From Somniosus microcephalus (taxonomy: Eukaryota), in NCBI GenBank assembly GCA_052327205.1, contig CM126213.1, positions 68,014,001-68,078,000 on the forward strand: a DNA stretch of 64,000 bases, given 5' to 3'. A model generated the notes under the pieces. That model was given only the letters and a program-made list of their open reading frames with translations. It ran no database searches and had not been told where the DNA came from. Made by a program: the position numbers and the translations under genes. The stretch's first letter is position 1, and every line of letters starts with the position of its first letter. Shown here one piece after another: positions 13,670 through 28,252 of the stretch.

Positions 13670-15165
13670 ATTGAACAAGTTTGCTGATATTGTTAACGGT
13701 TCCCTCTCCTCAGGTACTGTCCCCCCTCCTTTTCAAATCTGCCATCACCCCCCCTCCTCAAAAAACCCACCCTCGACTCCTCTGTCCTTGCAAACTACCA
13801 CCCATCTCCTATCTCCCATTCCTCTCCAAAGTCCTTGAACGTGTTGTCGCCTCCCAAACATCTTTCCCGCAACTCCATGTTTGAAGCCCTCCATTTAGGT
13901 TTCCGCCCTGCCACAGCACTAAAACGGCTCTAATCAAAGTCACAAATGACATCCTATGTGACCGTGACCATCCTTATCCCTCCTCGTCCTTACTGAACTA
14001 GTCTGCATCCTCTGACACAGTTAATCACATCATCCTCCAACGCCTCTCCTCCGTCATCCAGCTGGGTGGGACTGCACTCGCCTGGTTCCATTCCTATTAT
14101 GTCATCAGCAAAGAATCACCTGAAATGGCTTTTCTTCCTACTCCCACACCATTACCTCTGGAGTCCCCAAGGGACTATCGTTGGCCCCCTCCTATTTTGG
14201 TGACATCTGCCAAAAACAGGTCAGGTTCCACATGTACACTGACGACACCCAGCTCCACCACACCACACCTCTCTCAACACCTCCACTGCCTCCGATTTGT
14301 CACGCTGCTTGTCCGACATCCAGTATTGGATGAGCAGAAATGGCCTCCAATTAAATGTTGGGAAAACCAAAGTCATTGTCCCACCATAAGCTCCATACCC
14401 TATCCACTGAATCCATCCCTCTCCATGGGCACTGCCTGAGGCTGAACCAGACTGTTCAACCTTAGCATCCTATGTGGCCCAGAGCCGAGCTTCTGGCCCC
14501 TTATCCTCTCCATCACTAAGACTGCCTACTTCCACCTCTAACGTCGCCCATCTCCACCCCTGCCTCAGCTCATCTGCTGCGGATACCCTGACCCATGCCA
14601 TGGTTACCGCTAGACTCCAATGCTCTCCTGGCCGGTCTCTCACCTTGTATCCTCCGTAAACTTGAGTTGATCCAACACTCTTCTGCCCGTATCCTAACTC
14701 AATCCAAGTCCTATGCACCCATCACCCCTGTGCTCACTGACCTACATTGGCTCCCAGCCCGGCAACACCTCAGCTGTAAAATTCTCATCCTTGTTTTCAT
14801 ATCCCTCCATGGCTTTGCCCCTCCCTATCTCTGTAACCTCCTCTAGCCCTACAACCCTCCAGGATCTTTCCAATTCTGGCCACTTACGCATCCCCAATTT
14901 TAATCATGCATCCCCAATTTTAATCACTCCACCATTGGCGGCTGTGCCTTCAGCTGCCTAGTCCCTAAGCTCTGGAATTCCCTCCCTAAACCTCACCACC
15001 TCTCGCTCCTCCTTCAAAAGGCTCCTTAAAACCTACCTCTTTGACCAAGCCCTAATATTTGTGGCTCAACTCAAATTTTGTTTGATAATCCCTCCTGTGA
15101 AGCGATTATCATAGGAATGTTTGACCATGTTAAAGGCGCTATACAAACGCAACTCATTGTTGTTG
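13670..15165 (+). mobile_element. Degraded L2 LINE 3' region
   Basis: PISYLPFLSKVLERVVASQ; APITPVLTDLHWLP; tail TTAAAGGCGCTATAC...GTTGTTG. Confidence 0.8.
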
Positions 15166-17609
15166 AACCTTAGTCACCTTTTCAAGTCAGTATCTCCAGC
15201 GGCAATCACACAGTCTAACAAAAAATATTCATTAAATAGGCCAACATGGATGGACCAAAACTAAAAGTTTGTATTTATTATAATCCTTTGAATTAGTTTG
15301 ATTGCTAAAAAGGTATTAATGAAAAAAAAACAATGACACCAGCGATACCTTTCACTTGGGATATCTGTGGAAAAAACAACTTTCAGTGCTAGTTTGATTA
15401 AAAAAGGCTCATTACACAGAAAGCTCAAAGAAAAAAAAAAAATACCCACACCCTTATCCTTGTTAGTACATTTCCCCAGAGGTGTGGTGGTTGTGGGTAG
15501 TAAATTATATTTATTGTCAAATGCCAGTAAACTAACATTGTTTTTTTTGCCAAGACACACCCAGTTCATGCAGAACTTCCTTAGCAGTTAAGTCCCAAAT
15601 TAAAGGTCAGTGAAAGTCAAGTTCCTGCTTTGGGCAATGTTCAGATACACAGCCTTTTTTCACAAAGCATGTGACTATCATCCAGCCAACCTTGAGTCAG
15701 TTAGTTGCAGAATGTTTATTGCAAGACATCTGTTTGTGCTGTATTAAATGTGAAACCATATTCAGAGGCCAAGTACAAACTTACCCAAGTTCTAAGTATT
15801 TTCTCAATGTTAAACATCTGAAAAGTATCACATTGATAATTTACTGTATTAATAGAATCTATCTACACTGAAATGCAAATGTTCACAGTCACTGAACACA
15901 AACCCTCTTAAGGCTACTATTCTTAAGCTATCAAGCCAATGTTTTCCTATTTAGGTAATGTGTTATATGACAAACTACTGAAGGTTAAATTACATTTAAA
16001 ATTTACTTTTAATCATCATGTACAAAACTGTTTGGATCAGATAATCTGTCTAGTATCAGATCCCACTTGGAGGCTGGGATCAAACCAATTCCCAACCATT
16101 CTATTTCTAATACTTAGCATAATTAAATTACAGGATAGAAGATATTTGTTAAGTGTGTCCACACCCCCCAGAAAAAACGTGTCACAGAAGTCAAACAATT
16201 TTAGTTTATAAAATGGCTTCATCTTCACCCAATCTGTTGTTATTCTTTTAGTAGTTCATGTGAATAAACTACATAAAATAATTGAAGGTTATCAAATCTG
16301 ATGACATGTTCGAAATGAATATCCTGATCAAATTTTTCAGCAATTTCAGCAAAGGGTCAGCTGCAACCAATTTTCCATATCTCTAGGTAATGCAACATTA
16401 AGTTCACAAATATCCTAACACCACTAGATATCTCTAGCAGGTGTTAAGAATTATTAAACCATTCTATTTATAAAGCTACATTTGCTCTCAAAATCAGTAT
16501 CTTGTCAGCTTTTCCTTTCTACAGTGATTAGATTACAGTCTATGCTCCTACTGACTATCAATGGAAGTGCCAGAGAGCACAAGAAGACAGCCCAGCCTTT
16601 AAAAACAAATTCAATTTGCCAAAAATCTTCAAAAATTGCATTGGTCTAATGGTCTTACTAAGAACTAAATTTCCTGCTGTTATTAAACTGGTGCCAGAAC
16701 TGAGAGAGATAAATTTCTTTCATATATTTTTAAGAATAACAACTGTCTAACAGCTGAACCATTAGTTACTAGTTGGGTACAACAGGGAAACCCCAGTTTC
16801 TTCTGTACTGGAACTTTAAAAACAAACAAAATAACTTAAGCATTCAGTTTGGAATGAAATACAAAAGCTATAAATTACAATGATGAAAATTTACTGGCAT
16901 TGACTATGGGCTTGCATGTTTACAATTTTGACATACTAGTCAACAAAACGAAAAAAAGTGTTCTGTAGCTTTACAAGGAAACTTACAGAAGTACAGCATC
17001 TGGAGTTGTATTACCACTTAAACCTTTTAACCTGAAACTTTACTTAAGAAATTTTCAATAGCGTGGACAAAGAGCTCCGAAGTCAAGAGGAAAGCCATCT
17101 CGTGGCTAAAAGTGGGGAGGAGGAAAGGAGAAATAGTACTGAAGTGTCCAATATGCTATAATGATACCCTACAAAAACTATTAAATATGAAAAGTTACTT
17201 GTCATAAATAAAATACTGATCTGATAATACATTAAATTAGGCAACTCTAGGCATTATTAGGCTCTCAAGTCATGGAACAAAGAGCAGGCGCAACAAGTAT
17301 TTAGAAAATACATCAAATTCACTGATGCCTTGAGATAACATCAAAACCAATAGATAACATCACAAACTGTACCTCAAACTTATACTTCATAGGATGGTCA
17401 CTCACAGCACAAGACAAAATATGTTACATACACCAATAAAGAACTTTAAACTCAAAGTACTATTTAGGAGGTGCATTATAAATGAGTACAAAATATATTG
17501 TGGCATCGGGGGCTCTTAGTTTCAGTATTTTTTTACATTCATTGCTGAACATAAAAGATAATGGCTACTGCATTGGCAGACTTGTAGTACTGTGCTTACT
17601 TCTTCATCA

Positions 17610-18510
17610 TTGCACACAAGAAGCCCTAGCAAAACTGAGGTCAGTTAGGGTCAAAGGAAGATTATGGTTGACAGAATGCAAACATCACAGTCTCAGGCAT
17701 CACTGCAGGAGTTCCTCAGTGAAAGCTCCTTGGCCCAACCATCTTCAACTGCTTCACTGACAACCTTCCCTCTGTCACAAGGTCAGGAGTGGAGCTGTTC
17801 ACAGAGTTCAGCTCCTCCAATAATGAAGCAGCCTGTACCAGCCTACAACAGGACCTGGATAACAGCCAGGCTTCGGCTGACATTTTCACCACACAAGTGG
17901 CAGGTAATTTTGAACATAAAGCCAATCATCTCCTTCTAGCTGTCAACACCACTAACGTGAAGCTTAACTAGACCAGTCATATCAACACCATAGCTTCAAG
18001 AACAGGGCAGAGGCTACGTACTCCATAATGAGTAGCTCACGTCCTGGATCTTCAAAGCCTCTGCACCATCTTCAAGGCTCAATTCAGCAGTGCAATGGAA
18101 TACTCACCATTCACCTTGATGGGTGCAGCCACAACACTCAAGAAGCTCAACACAATCCAAGACATTGACCTCAATTTCCATCTTCTCCCATCACCGGCAT
18201 ACTGCAGCGACAGGATGCAATGCAGCAACTCACCAAGGGTACTCTGACAGCACCACTCGCCCTTGCTACCTTTACCACTGGGAAAGACAAGAGCAGCAAT
18301 ATTGTGCAAACACCATCACCTCCAAGTTCTGCTCCAAGTCACACACTATCCTGACTTGCACAGATATTCACTGTTCCTTTATCACCGATGGGTCAATATC
18401 CTGGAATTCCCTACCTGAAACCATTGTGGAAGCACCATCACCACACGGACTACAGGAGATTAAGGAGAAGGCACACCACCACCAATATGGACGCAGTCGC
18501 CCACATCCTA
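17610..18510 (+). mobile_element. Degraded non-LTR retrotransposon (LINE) RT/3' fragment
   Basis: SLQQDLDN and SISWNSLPETIVEAPS-like remnants; clade not resolved. Confidence 0.55.
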
Positions 18511-20484
18511 AGAACAATTTTTTAAAGTATATTATTGCAATATCTGAAATACTACTATGCAAGTGTTAATTTAAAAAGATGTTAATAAAAACTTCACAAA
18601 TTATTTCTGAACTAGTAGAGTGAAATCATACAAGCACTCATAGCCTTTGCCATGGTGGTGGGACCTCAAGAATTTGTTTGCTCACATGACATCAATCTAG
18701 AAACAGTTTTACAAGGTAATTGAGCGGGCTTTAATCTTATATGCACATTCTTCTTTTCACCGATATGAAATAAATGCTAATAGTTGTATATATGTTCAAT
18801 AAAAAGTATTATGCTGCACTGTCTACTTATTTTATGCCTTGAGTGGAAGGCACAGGGTAAAGCTTTGACTTATAACAGTTTGATTGATGGTTTTAGTTTG
18901 GCATGTCACAGTTTGACTTAAGTATGTCAACCATAAACAAAGGAAGAGTGCTTTCTGCAATCTACCATTATAATGTGCAATTAAACTACTTTTTAAGTAT
19001 TTGAAGGCGTAGCAGCTTTTAAATTAAATATTCATTGCATCAATTCCTTTCATAATAGCAGGGCCCTGGTTGGGCCTCTTAAGTAATGCTACAGCAGGCC
19101 AAAGTGAAGAGAGAATATTCAATCCACCATCTAAATGATTATCTTTCACCAGCTGCCACTCACTTCTAAGTCTGCCACAATCAGTATTTTATAGTATTCC
19201 TACAGAAGCCTAAAAAAGAGTGGTTATGAAATGATTTGCGTTTCTTACTTTCTGCATTGAAAGTGTTTCCACTGCACCACATCTCAAAACAAAATATAGT
19301 TATACTCAATTACCGGAACAGCCATTAGGCTTTGTTACTAATTTGACAGTTCTATGGAATTTGTGAATTAAGTTTGTCAAACTGTCCCATGCAAGCTTCT
19401 TGTTTTTCCTATAAAACATACATATTGCAACACTAAATTCCAGTTACGTTTGAGTGTTTGAGAAAAGCAACTGGTCACAATCATGGTTCCATTAATTAAG
19501 AAAGCAGCAGTGGGAATTATAGGCATGTTAGTTTGACGTCTATTACTACATCTCGTTCTGAAATGGGGTACAATTGGTACATCTTTGCTAAGTTGAGGAC
19601 AGGAGTACCTATCACTTTGTAACTACGCTTTAAGGTATCTGCAGGAATGCTATAAAATGCCAATTTGTAGGAGATTTGGAAATACAAATGGAAACGATTA
19701 CAAAGTATTAAACAGGGTATAATTTATGATCACTGGTGAATTCTGGCGGTTATTAGGGATTTGCGACAAGGCTTCAGGAAACATAGGCCCTGCCTCACTA
19801 ACCCGAGTTATTTGAGGAAGTGACTAGAATAATAGAGGATATCAGATCTTCCAGGACAGATATTATGCTGGATAAGAAACTAGTTAGATCTCATACAGAA
19901 AAGGTTATCAATAATATGAAAGGGAATGCTCGAGTGGAGTTCCACAAGGCCTCATATTGGAACCACTACTGTCCATTATTTTCATTAATGATTTGGAAAT
20001 GGCATTAATGGAACCATTTGTAATTTCACAGATGCCATTAAAGTGTGCACAGGGGTTAGTAATTTGGACCAAATCAATAGGTTGCAGGCCAATTTAGTTA
20101 AGTAAGCTGATTAGACTTTTGTGTAGCAGATGTCCTTCAATGTGACATGTGCAGTGTAATGCATTTGAGGTTGGGAAACACCGGGTAACTTTGTACCATG
20201 CAGGAGTACTCAGAAAAGGTAATAGATCAAGACCTAGGGATAATATTTTAAAACTCGTTAAAGGTACATAAGCAGTGACTATAGGAAGGCAAGTGTGCTT
20301 TTAGGTTGCTTTACTAGGATCACCGAGTATAAAACAGACAGCATCATACCTATATAAAGATTTTGGTACATCTGCACTTTGAGTATTATGTCTAGTTTTG
20401 GTCCCTGCACATGTCAAGGAATATCAAAACTCTGGAGAAGGTCCAAAATTATATTGAGCCTTAAGGCTCTTAGTTCAGCAGGAA

Positions 20485-20620
20485 GCAAAATACTGCAGAT
20501 GATGGAAATCTGAAAATAAAAACAGAAAGTTCTGATAAAAGCTCATCAACCAGAAACATTAACCCTATGTCTCTCTCCACAGATCCCGCCTGACCTGCTG
20601 AGTGTTTCTAGCATTTCTTC
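20485..20620. mobile_element. Penelope-like pseudo-LTR fragment with degenerate hammerhead
   Basis: GCAAAATACTGCAGATGATGGAAATCTG...CTGATAAA...GAAAC...CTCTCTCCACAGAT...GACCTGCTGAG; related pieces at 27612-27682 and 31816-31960. Confidence 0.5.
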
Positions 20621-20832
20621 TAGACTTCTTAGTTATCAGGATAGGTTTGAACAGTTAGGGCTAATTATTTCAGAAATGCAGGATTAGAAAGAATATGATT
20701 GATAGGTTTAAAATGTTGAAGGGATTGAATACAGTTAGGAGATAGGTAGCAACAAAAGGATTGTAGGCTATGCATATAAGACTCTTAGCAAAAAGCAGGA
20801 TTATACATTAGCAAGTATTTCTTTTTTCACAA

Positions 20833-21184
20833 GCACGGTGACATAGTGGTTAGCACTGTTGCCTCACAGCGCCAGGGACCCGGGTTCGAATCCGGCCTCG
20901 GGTGACTGTCTGTGTGGAGTTTGCACATTCTCCCCGTGTTTGCGTGGGTTTCCTCCGGGTGCTCCGGTTTCCTCCCACAGTCCAAAGATGTGCGGGTTAG
21001 GTTGATTGGCCATGATAAATTGACCCTTAGTGTTAGGGGGATTAAATACGTGGGGTTACGGGGATAGGGTGGGATATGTCTTGGTGTAGGGGTTACGGGG
21101 ATTGGGTGGGATGTGTGTCAGTGCAGGCTCGACGGGCCGAAATGGCCTCTATCTGCACTGTGGGGTTTCTGTGATTTCCGTGAA
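20833..21184 (+). mobile_element. HE1-like V-SINE
   Basis: tRNA head (TAGTGGTTAG, GGTTCGAATCC), V-domain GTGTGGAGTTTGCACATTCTCCCCGTG...GGGTGCTCCGGTTTCCTCCCAC, CR1-type tail. Confidence 0.85.
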
Positions 21185-22822
21185 GGTATTGCCCTCTAGA
21201 ACAAACTACCAAAACACGCAGTGGGTATGGATTCATTTCTGTCCTTTAAAAGAGAAATGACAAATGCCTGAGCAAACATGGCATTTCTAGTTATAGCGGG
21301 TAGGTTGCCAGTTAGCTGGGATTAATTGGAGTTATAGACTGACACGGTCTCCAGGAGCCTTGCTTGATTACCTTAGGGAGTCACAAAGGAGTTTTCGGAA
21401 TTGGCTGCAGGTCTTTCTGCTTTATTTGCTTCTCCCAGGCATTTGCATGGTTGGGGTGGGTCAATAGTGTACATGATTGCACCATGTCTGGATGGGTGGG
21501 TTTGATGGTCTTTTCCCATCATTTTGTACATTTGTATGTCGCTCACTGGCTGCTGCAGACGGAAAATTTGGGTTAAAGAAGAGAACACTTTAGCTGCAAT
21601 TAAAAGGATAGATTTTCTATCGAAAGGTTGTTCAAAACTTCAAATGTAAACAAGTTTGTGGCCTTATTAATGACCAACACAAATGACAAGGAGTAGCACA
21701 TTTAAAATAACTAACAACTGTTCCATTTGCCGCCATCTCTTTTGTACTCAATTTCTTCAAGTCCCAATCACACTAGTGTCTGATGTTAATTTCTTAAATA
21801 TTATGTAGAGAGAAAGATTCTGAAATATTGCAAACTTGAGAAAAACTATATTTAGGGTTAAAAGGAACCTTAATCTACTGCAGTGTTTATGACAGAAATC
21901 CTACTCATTGTGTACACGTATTCAGGTAATTATTTGCCAACTTAGTGATCCAAATTACAAAATACTTATTTCAAATTGGAAAACTGTAGCATTGTAGACA
22001 TTATGCAGCTAAAACAAATTTGTCACATGGGTAAACAAGCCTCAATATCTAATCCTGCTTTAAATACTCTAAGTTATACAAACTTTTGCAATATACATGG
22101 CATTCCACAGTCCCCACAATATGCTTAATTCCAATACAAGACCATTTTACACAAATTCAAATACATAAACAGTTCACAAAGCTTGTCGTACCGTGATCAT
22201 CTGATTAAAAAAAGGTCTTAAAACAGCAGCTGGCATTTTTCTAACAACCCTGGTAATTACGGCACCAAGTAATCAATATTGAACCCACCTCTTCAAGCAA
22301 TATTAATATATGGCAAATATCACCAATCTAACCTTTCAGAACTATGTTGGAGGATGTTCTATCAGGGATCTATTTGAAATCAGGTTTCTTGTTTGAGTTT
22401 TTAAACTACAAGTTTTGTTTGTTGGAGAAACAACTACAATGACAGAATTGGGAACAATGGGACAGCTGTCGGCCAGACAGAGCTTAAAAACCATGTCAAT
22501 ATCACACAAAAGCATTTTAACTGTAAATGACCCCAGATTACAGTGATTAAAATTACATTTCAGCCTTAATTTCAGAATTTGAAGAGTTGGTGTTCTACAA
22601 GCAGGAAACAGGTCAAATAGGCAACTGATGAATAAACCATTCCACCACAAATAAGACCAAGATCACAAGCATTGTACACTAGAATAACACAAGTCATCTG
22701 CAATTTAAATCGTTTGTACTGTTGGCAATAGGAGAATGAAGGTTTTCTATCTTTCAGGGAAGAGCCTTGGCCAACAAAAACTCAATGAATTTCCATCTTT
22801 GATTGTAAACAACCTGTATATA

Positions 22823-23660
22823 GAACCACAGATGGAGGCCATTTAGCCCATCATGTTTGTGCTGGCTTTGCTAGAGCTATCCAAAACAAATCCCTCTGCC
22901 CTGCCCTCTCCCCACAGCCCTCAATCTTCCACTACTTCAAATATAGATCCACTTTTCCATTAAAAGCAGCAATGGACTCTGAGCATTCCATGCGCCAACA
23001 ACCCGGTGTAAAAAAATTGCTCCTAAACTCTTTCCGCATTCTGAGTGATAATTATAAATTGATCACAACTCATCACTAATTCCCAGCCGAGGAAATACTC
23101 TTTCACGATTCAGTATATCAAAACCATTCATAATATTAAAAACCTCTATTAAATCTCCTCAGCCTTATCTGCTCCAATGGAGATAGTCCCAGTATCTCAA
23201 ATGCTTCTTCACTCTTTGCTAAACCTCCTATTTTTCTGTCGTCATCAACAAACTTTGGTATTGTGGTCTCTACGCCCACGTTCAAATCATTTATATATAC
23301 ACCAAGAACAAAAGTGGACTCAGCACTAACCCACTGGGGTACACCACTTCCAACCCTTGTCTACTTCAAGCAATGCCTAGTTACTCTCTCTCTCTTTGGC
23401 AGTGAATCACCTGGCGGCCTCTCCCGACCCCACACCTTGGCGGAAACCCCACTCCCACAAACAGAGCTTGTGTCGAAGTTGCGGCTGTGGTATGGGAAAA
23501 GCCCTGAAGAATTCCACCCCTTGTTTCCTGTCCATCAAACAACTTGCTATGTAACAAGCCTCTTGTGAGACACTTTCTCGAATGCATTTTGAAAATCCAC
23601 ATACGCTGCATCCAGCGCATTGCCTTTACCGATTCAATCAGTCCTTCTTCAAAAACACTT
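22823..23660 (-). mobile_element. Degraded CR1 fragment
   Basis: CR1 3' end GGAGGCCATTTAGCCCATC and the reverse complement of the YMDFQxAF region near 23580-23610. Confidence 0.55.
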
Positions 23661-25967
23661 AAATTTAATTAAATAGTAAATGTATATTTTAATTGAATTG
23701 TAAGGATTAAGGGATGAATAAACCATAGTACATTGGGGCATAGTCCATAGTTTATGGTCCAGTTAGTACTGAAATGAAAACATATTCAAATACCACATAT
23801 TCACTCTACATAAATCAGCACAGTATATATAGTTACAAATCTCTTCACAAATGAAATCTGATCTCTACAATACAGTTGACTACTATACGATAAAGTTTCA
23901 TGTACTGCAGTCAAAGAGGGAGCCCCAAAAGAGAAGCTTTGAAAGGTCCACAAAGAGGCATGTCCTTGCATGCAAGGCTTTATTTTTTTAATTCTGAAAT
24001 GGGAGAGCTGTCCTAGCACCACTATTCCAGAGGGCTCAAAAAAGGTAAAGGCCCCTTCTATAGTCTCTGCAAAATTTCATACAAGTACCTGCAAAGGTAT
24101 TTTGATAGGATTGGTCAGATGACTATTGCTGCACCATTCGTGGTAGATTTTCCATCTAAACTTTTTCATTAATAGTATTTTTCATTCAAGTGTATAGGGA
24201 TGGTCAGTTTTAGACGACCCGTGCTACTTTCATAGAAATTTACGGCCGCCACTCGGCCCTTCGTGTTTATGTCGGCCGAAAGAGCTATCGAGCCGAATTC
24301 CACTTTCCAGCTCTTGGTCCGTAGCCTTGTAGGTTACGGCACTTCAAGTGCATATACAAATACTTTGACAACTATCTATATAAATAAACCAAAGTCTAGT
24401 TCTAAAACGGGAGCAACTATCATGGCTTACTAGATTATTCTGTTGTAAACAGTACATTAAAACAAGTATTGTAACATTTAACATTGCAGTTAAATAGTTC
24501 TCAGTGTAAGACAAGATAAGATGAAGGCTCCTTACAAGCTGTTTAGAAAATTTCTAAGTAATCTGTATGGTTGATTAATGCAACAGCAAAAAAGATACAA
24601 GATAAAGACTGACGTAGAAATTATAAACGTAGTATTAAGTATCAAAACTGATACTTGTACTTTCAAATCTTCACCAACTTCAACTTGAATTAAAATGATG
24701 TAATACTGTACACTTAAAAAGCACGTTGGAAGCTGATTTTAAACCTACCAGTGAGATAATGTTCATATTCCTAATAAAAAATGTAGTGAGATGAAGGCTC
24801 ATTCACAATAACAATCTAGCTGATTTATGCATATATGCAGACAAAAAAATATTATCGATGTGTGTATATTACTGGTCAATGGTTCATATTCAGGAATTAC
24901 ATGTTTGAAAATGGTACAAATACATGTTAAAAGACTTGAGTATATGGAATTAGCAGTGTGCATAACTAGCAAATCCCCTAACAATAACAGACATTGCCAG
25001 CTACACCCAATGATGTCAGGTCTCAAATAATATTGAAGATACCCTTCTAGAAATAGAACTACGCAAGTTGTCAAACTACTTTGTTTTAATGTTTGTGTCC
25101 CCTTTAAGGCAAGCTAAAAGTGAATTTGAACTCGAACTGACATTCACCTATTGAACAAAGCAAATCTTGCTAACATACTGTATAGCAAGAGATACCCAAT
25201 AGTCCAGTTCTCCATGCCAGATGTGATACAATGGCTCACCATTCAGTTGTTAATCTTATTATTGACGTCAATGAAATAGTCCAGGAAGTGAATCCTCTTA
25301 ATTTAACATACAATAGAACATTGGCTACTTAAGTATAAACTAAACTGATTAAAACTATTACTACACTCATGTAAATAACATTATGCTAGTCACCAACTCA
25401 GTTGCAACCTAATCTCGAGAAGGAGCACATTAAGAATTGATATATGGTTAAGCTTGTGGTAGAAAAAACACATCAAAGCTTTTATCCCATCACATGTCCA
25501 CCTACTGATTTAGAATTGTGAAACATGTACAAAGAAGTATTCCTAAATACAAAGTCAACAAATAGGCTGCAACAGCAGTAGATTAAACTGGTGACGTTCC
25601 TTGTTAATTATAAGGAAAGCTATTTTGCAAAAAAGAAATCAAGCAAATGTGTACCTGAACATTTCATTGTGGGATAGGTGAATTTTCTCACACTCCACAT
25701 TTTGTGTCCATTTTTTAATAGAAGCAATCATGTTGTGGAAACTTTGCAACATTTCACAGCATAATAATACGAGTTATTAATTGTGGACTTTGATAAATCC
25801 TCAATGCGTAGAAAGAGTTAATTTTCCGATGTTTAATATACTAGGAAAATGACTTGTGAGATTTAGCCCAACCGGTTCCACAAAAGTAAACAAACAACTG
25901 TTTCATGTATCGGCGCAGTTCAAAGCACGGTAACATTTCAGACAGGATCACCTAAGGTTCTGCTTAC

Positions 25968-26142
25968 CCCATTCCAGGAATTCTGCAATGTATTTTTCCC
26001 GTCGTATAGGCGAGCTGCTACATTCGTTGTATAAACATATTAAAATATCCAACAAAGTCTCCACACTCATTGAACTTGCATTCTTCTGAGGTCCGTTCAG
26101 GAGCAACTGCTCCAACTTCTTCAGGCGAACCTTCGCTGACAT
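25968..26142 (-). CDS. CDC42BPB: First coding exon of serine/threonine kinase MRCK-beta (CDC42-binding protein kinase beta)
   Basis: [58 protein letters not shown] matches the MRCK-beta N-terminus; 175 nt, ending in a phase-1 donor G|GTAAG (25967-25963); exon 2 not found in the window. Confidence 0.93.
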
Positions 26143-26429
26143 TTTATCCTCACAAGTTTTTTTTCTAACCCCAAAAATGATCTTCCTCAAAGGGCAACTA
26201 TTGAGCGCCTTCACTTGCCCACAAGAGATCAAAGCTGTGATTTATTTCACATTAAAAAAGGCAGGAACCGACATTTTCACGGTTGAAGTTAAAAGGCAAA
26301 AAAAAATAGCAGCTGCACTCAGGCCCAGCTGGTCATAATATTTTCTTCTCCCTCTTTTCCCCACCTCCACAAAAAAATCTCCTTCGCTCGCCGAAAACAA
26401 ACTTAAGCCTTTTCAGTTAAGCTGAAGCC

Positions 26430-26900
26430 CAGCCCCGTGAAGCCAGCCCGTCTGCTCAAGTGCGTTGTTCATTTCCCCTTTTTTTTCCTCCTCGCTCTCC
26501 CGAAGCGCCGCGGCGTCTTGTGGTGAGTGTGAAGCCGGCGGCGCTCATCCCGCGGTCCGCCGCTATACGTGCCTCGATCCCCGTCTTCCTCTTCCCCCAG
26601 AGCCCGGGCTGCCGGCTGGCTGGCCGGCCGTCACACACTTGGCTTCTCCTTTTACCGTATATGGGGAAATATGGCCGATAAGCGCACTGGGCTCGGGCGC
26701 TGACCGACACTCGCCGAGTCGACACTCTCCCTCCACAAAGCAGCCCACCGGAAACAAACTCACGTCACCTGATTGACAGCACCCCCTCACCCGCCCCCAT
26801 GCCAACGGGGAGGAACCTGGAGCGCGAGCGCCAGGGAACGTGTCCCGGGAGATGGCAACGCTTCACCTCGGCCGCATCATCGCCAATAAAGGCGGAAAAA
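26430..26900 (-). promoter_or_regulatory. CpG island / promoter and 5' UTR of CDC42BPB
   Basis: CpG-dense non-repeat segment just upstream of the ATG; TGACGTG (minus, 26761-26767), TGATTGACAG 26770-26779, GC box CCGCCC 26791-26796, CCAAT 26883-26887. Confidence 0.75.
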
Positions 26901-27533
26901 AAACATTTGATGCATGCGAACTTGTGCAGACCGGCATTAGTTTTTAATGTTATTTTCCAGGCGTTACTCCCCGTTGCGCAGATTTGTCGATCCGTATGTA
27001 ATTTAGAGGAAAGAAATTCCGCTTTATGTTGAAGTGGAGCAAGTGTCCAGCAAGACTTGAAATCAAAACGGCGAAATGTTTATGCTGCTCCTTTTAGCTT
27101 AATCGGCGCATGCCGGTGTATTTTGTCTCAAAATGTAAACGTGCCCACTCAAATGGATGTATAATATCTATATCCAATACTCAGTGATATTGTACTCACA
27201 GTACTACATAGTCATTGAAATATGTTTTTCTTCTACATTAAACTTGACAGTCCTAATCCTCCGCCCTCCCTAAGAAACCTCACAGAAGGGTTTGTGCAGA
27301 TGCAGGTTTCTGAGAAAATTGTTAGGCAATCTGCTCCCTAAACTGCAATACCATTCCTTAAGTAATCTCTAGAAAACGAACACAATAGCCCAAGTGAACA
27401 ATCTTTGCTATTTCATGCCCTACGAGTACCAACCTCTGTTTGACATCTCCAACAAAACAGTTGCCATGTGGGACATCTTGGCTCCAAAGGAGCGTCCAAG
27501 TACAGTACTGTACTGTGAACGCAATGTACAGTT

Positions 27534-27970
27534 AAGAAATAAAGACTTGCATTTATATCGCGCCTTTCACAACCTCAAGACGTCTCAAAGCCAATTAAGT
27601 ACTTTTTTGAAATAACAACAGAAAATGCTGGAAAAACTCAGCAGGTCAGGCAACATCCGTGGAGAGAAATTTGAGTTGACGTACTTTTTTGAAGTGTAGT
27701 CACGGTTGTAATGTAGGAATCGCAGCAGCCAATTTGCACAAACAGCAATGTGATAATGACCAGCATCTGCTTTAGTGATGTTGGGTGAGGGATAATTATT
27801 GGCCAGGACACCATTGAGAACTACCCTGCTCTTCTTCAACTGAAAGACAGCATCTCCAACCGTACTGCACTGGAGTATCAGCCTAGATGTTGTGCTCAAG
27901 TCTCTGGAGTGGGACTTGATGTTGTTGTTGATTCAGAGGTGAGAGTGCTAGCAACTGAGCCACGGTTGAC
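27534..27970 (-). mobile_element. DeuSINE (SacSINE1-like), internally deleted and interrupted by a PLE fragment
   Basis: Reverse complement of the 605-1070 SINE head (GCAACTGAGCCACGG) and tail (CTTGCATTTATATCGCGCCTTT). Confidence 0.65.
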
Positions 27971-28252
27971 ACCAGTTTGTAGTGGCTATGGTACTGGTCT
28001 GATGACCCAGAGATCATGATTGCGAATGCTATCAAAGTGATAATTGGTGAGCTGGCACCAGGAAAAAATGACAACGAAAGCTGCCAGCTTGTAAAAAAGT
28101 GTTGAAGGAAAGTTTGCTTACCAACATTGTAGCAGCAAAGAAATAACAATGTAATATAATGTATGACATCAAATGATCTAGATGCTAGTTATCTTTGCGT
28201 CTAATGTGACTTTCACTGAGGACGTTTTGGTATTGAAAACTGACAATGACAT

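Larger units (their letters stand above)
19760..21540 (+). mobile_element. Old degraded CR1-like LINE containing younger inserts (PLE fragment, HE1 SINE)
   Basis: GGAGTTCCACAAGGC, TTTGAGTATTATGTCTAGTTTTGGTCCC, CTGGAGAAGGTCCA remnants of the CR1 RT C-terminus. Confidence 0.5.

Noticed and set aside
20833-20910. tRNA-like sequences (also near 605, 32413, 50000 and 59232)
   Set aside because: They are SINE heads that continue into V or Deu domains, not tRNA genes
26143-26232. N-terminal extension of the 94-aa ORF over CDC42BPB
   Set aside because: It starts at a non-ATG codon; homology begins at the ATG at 26142
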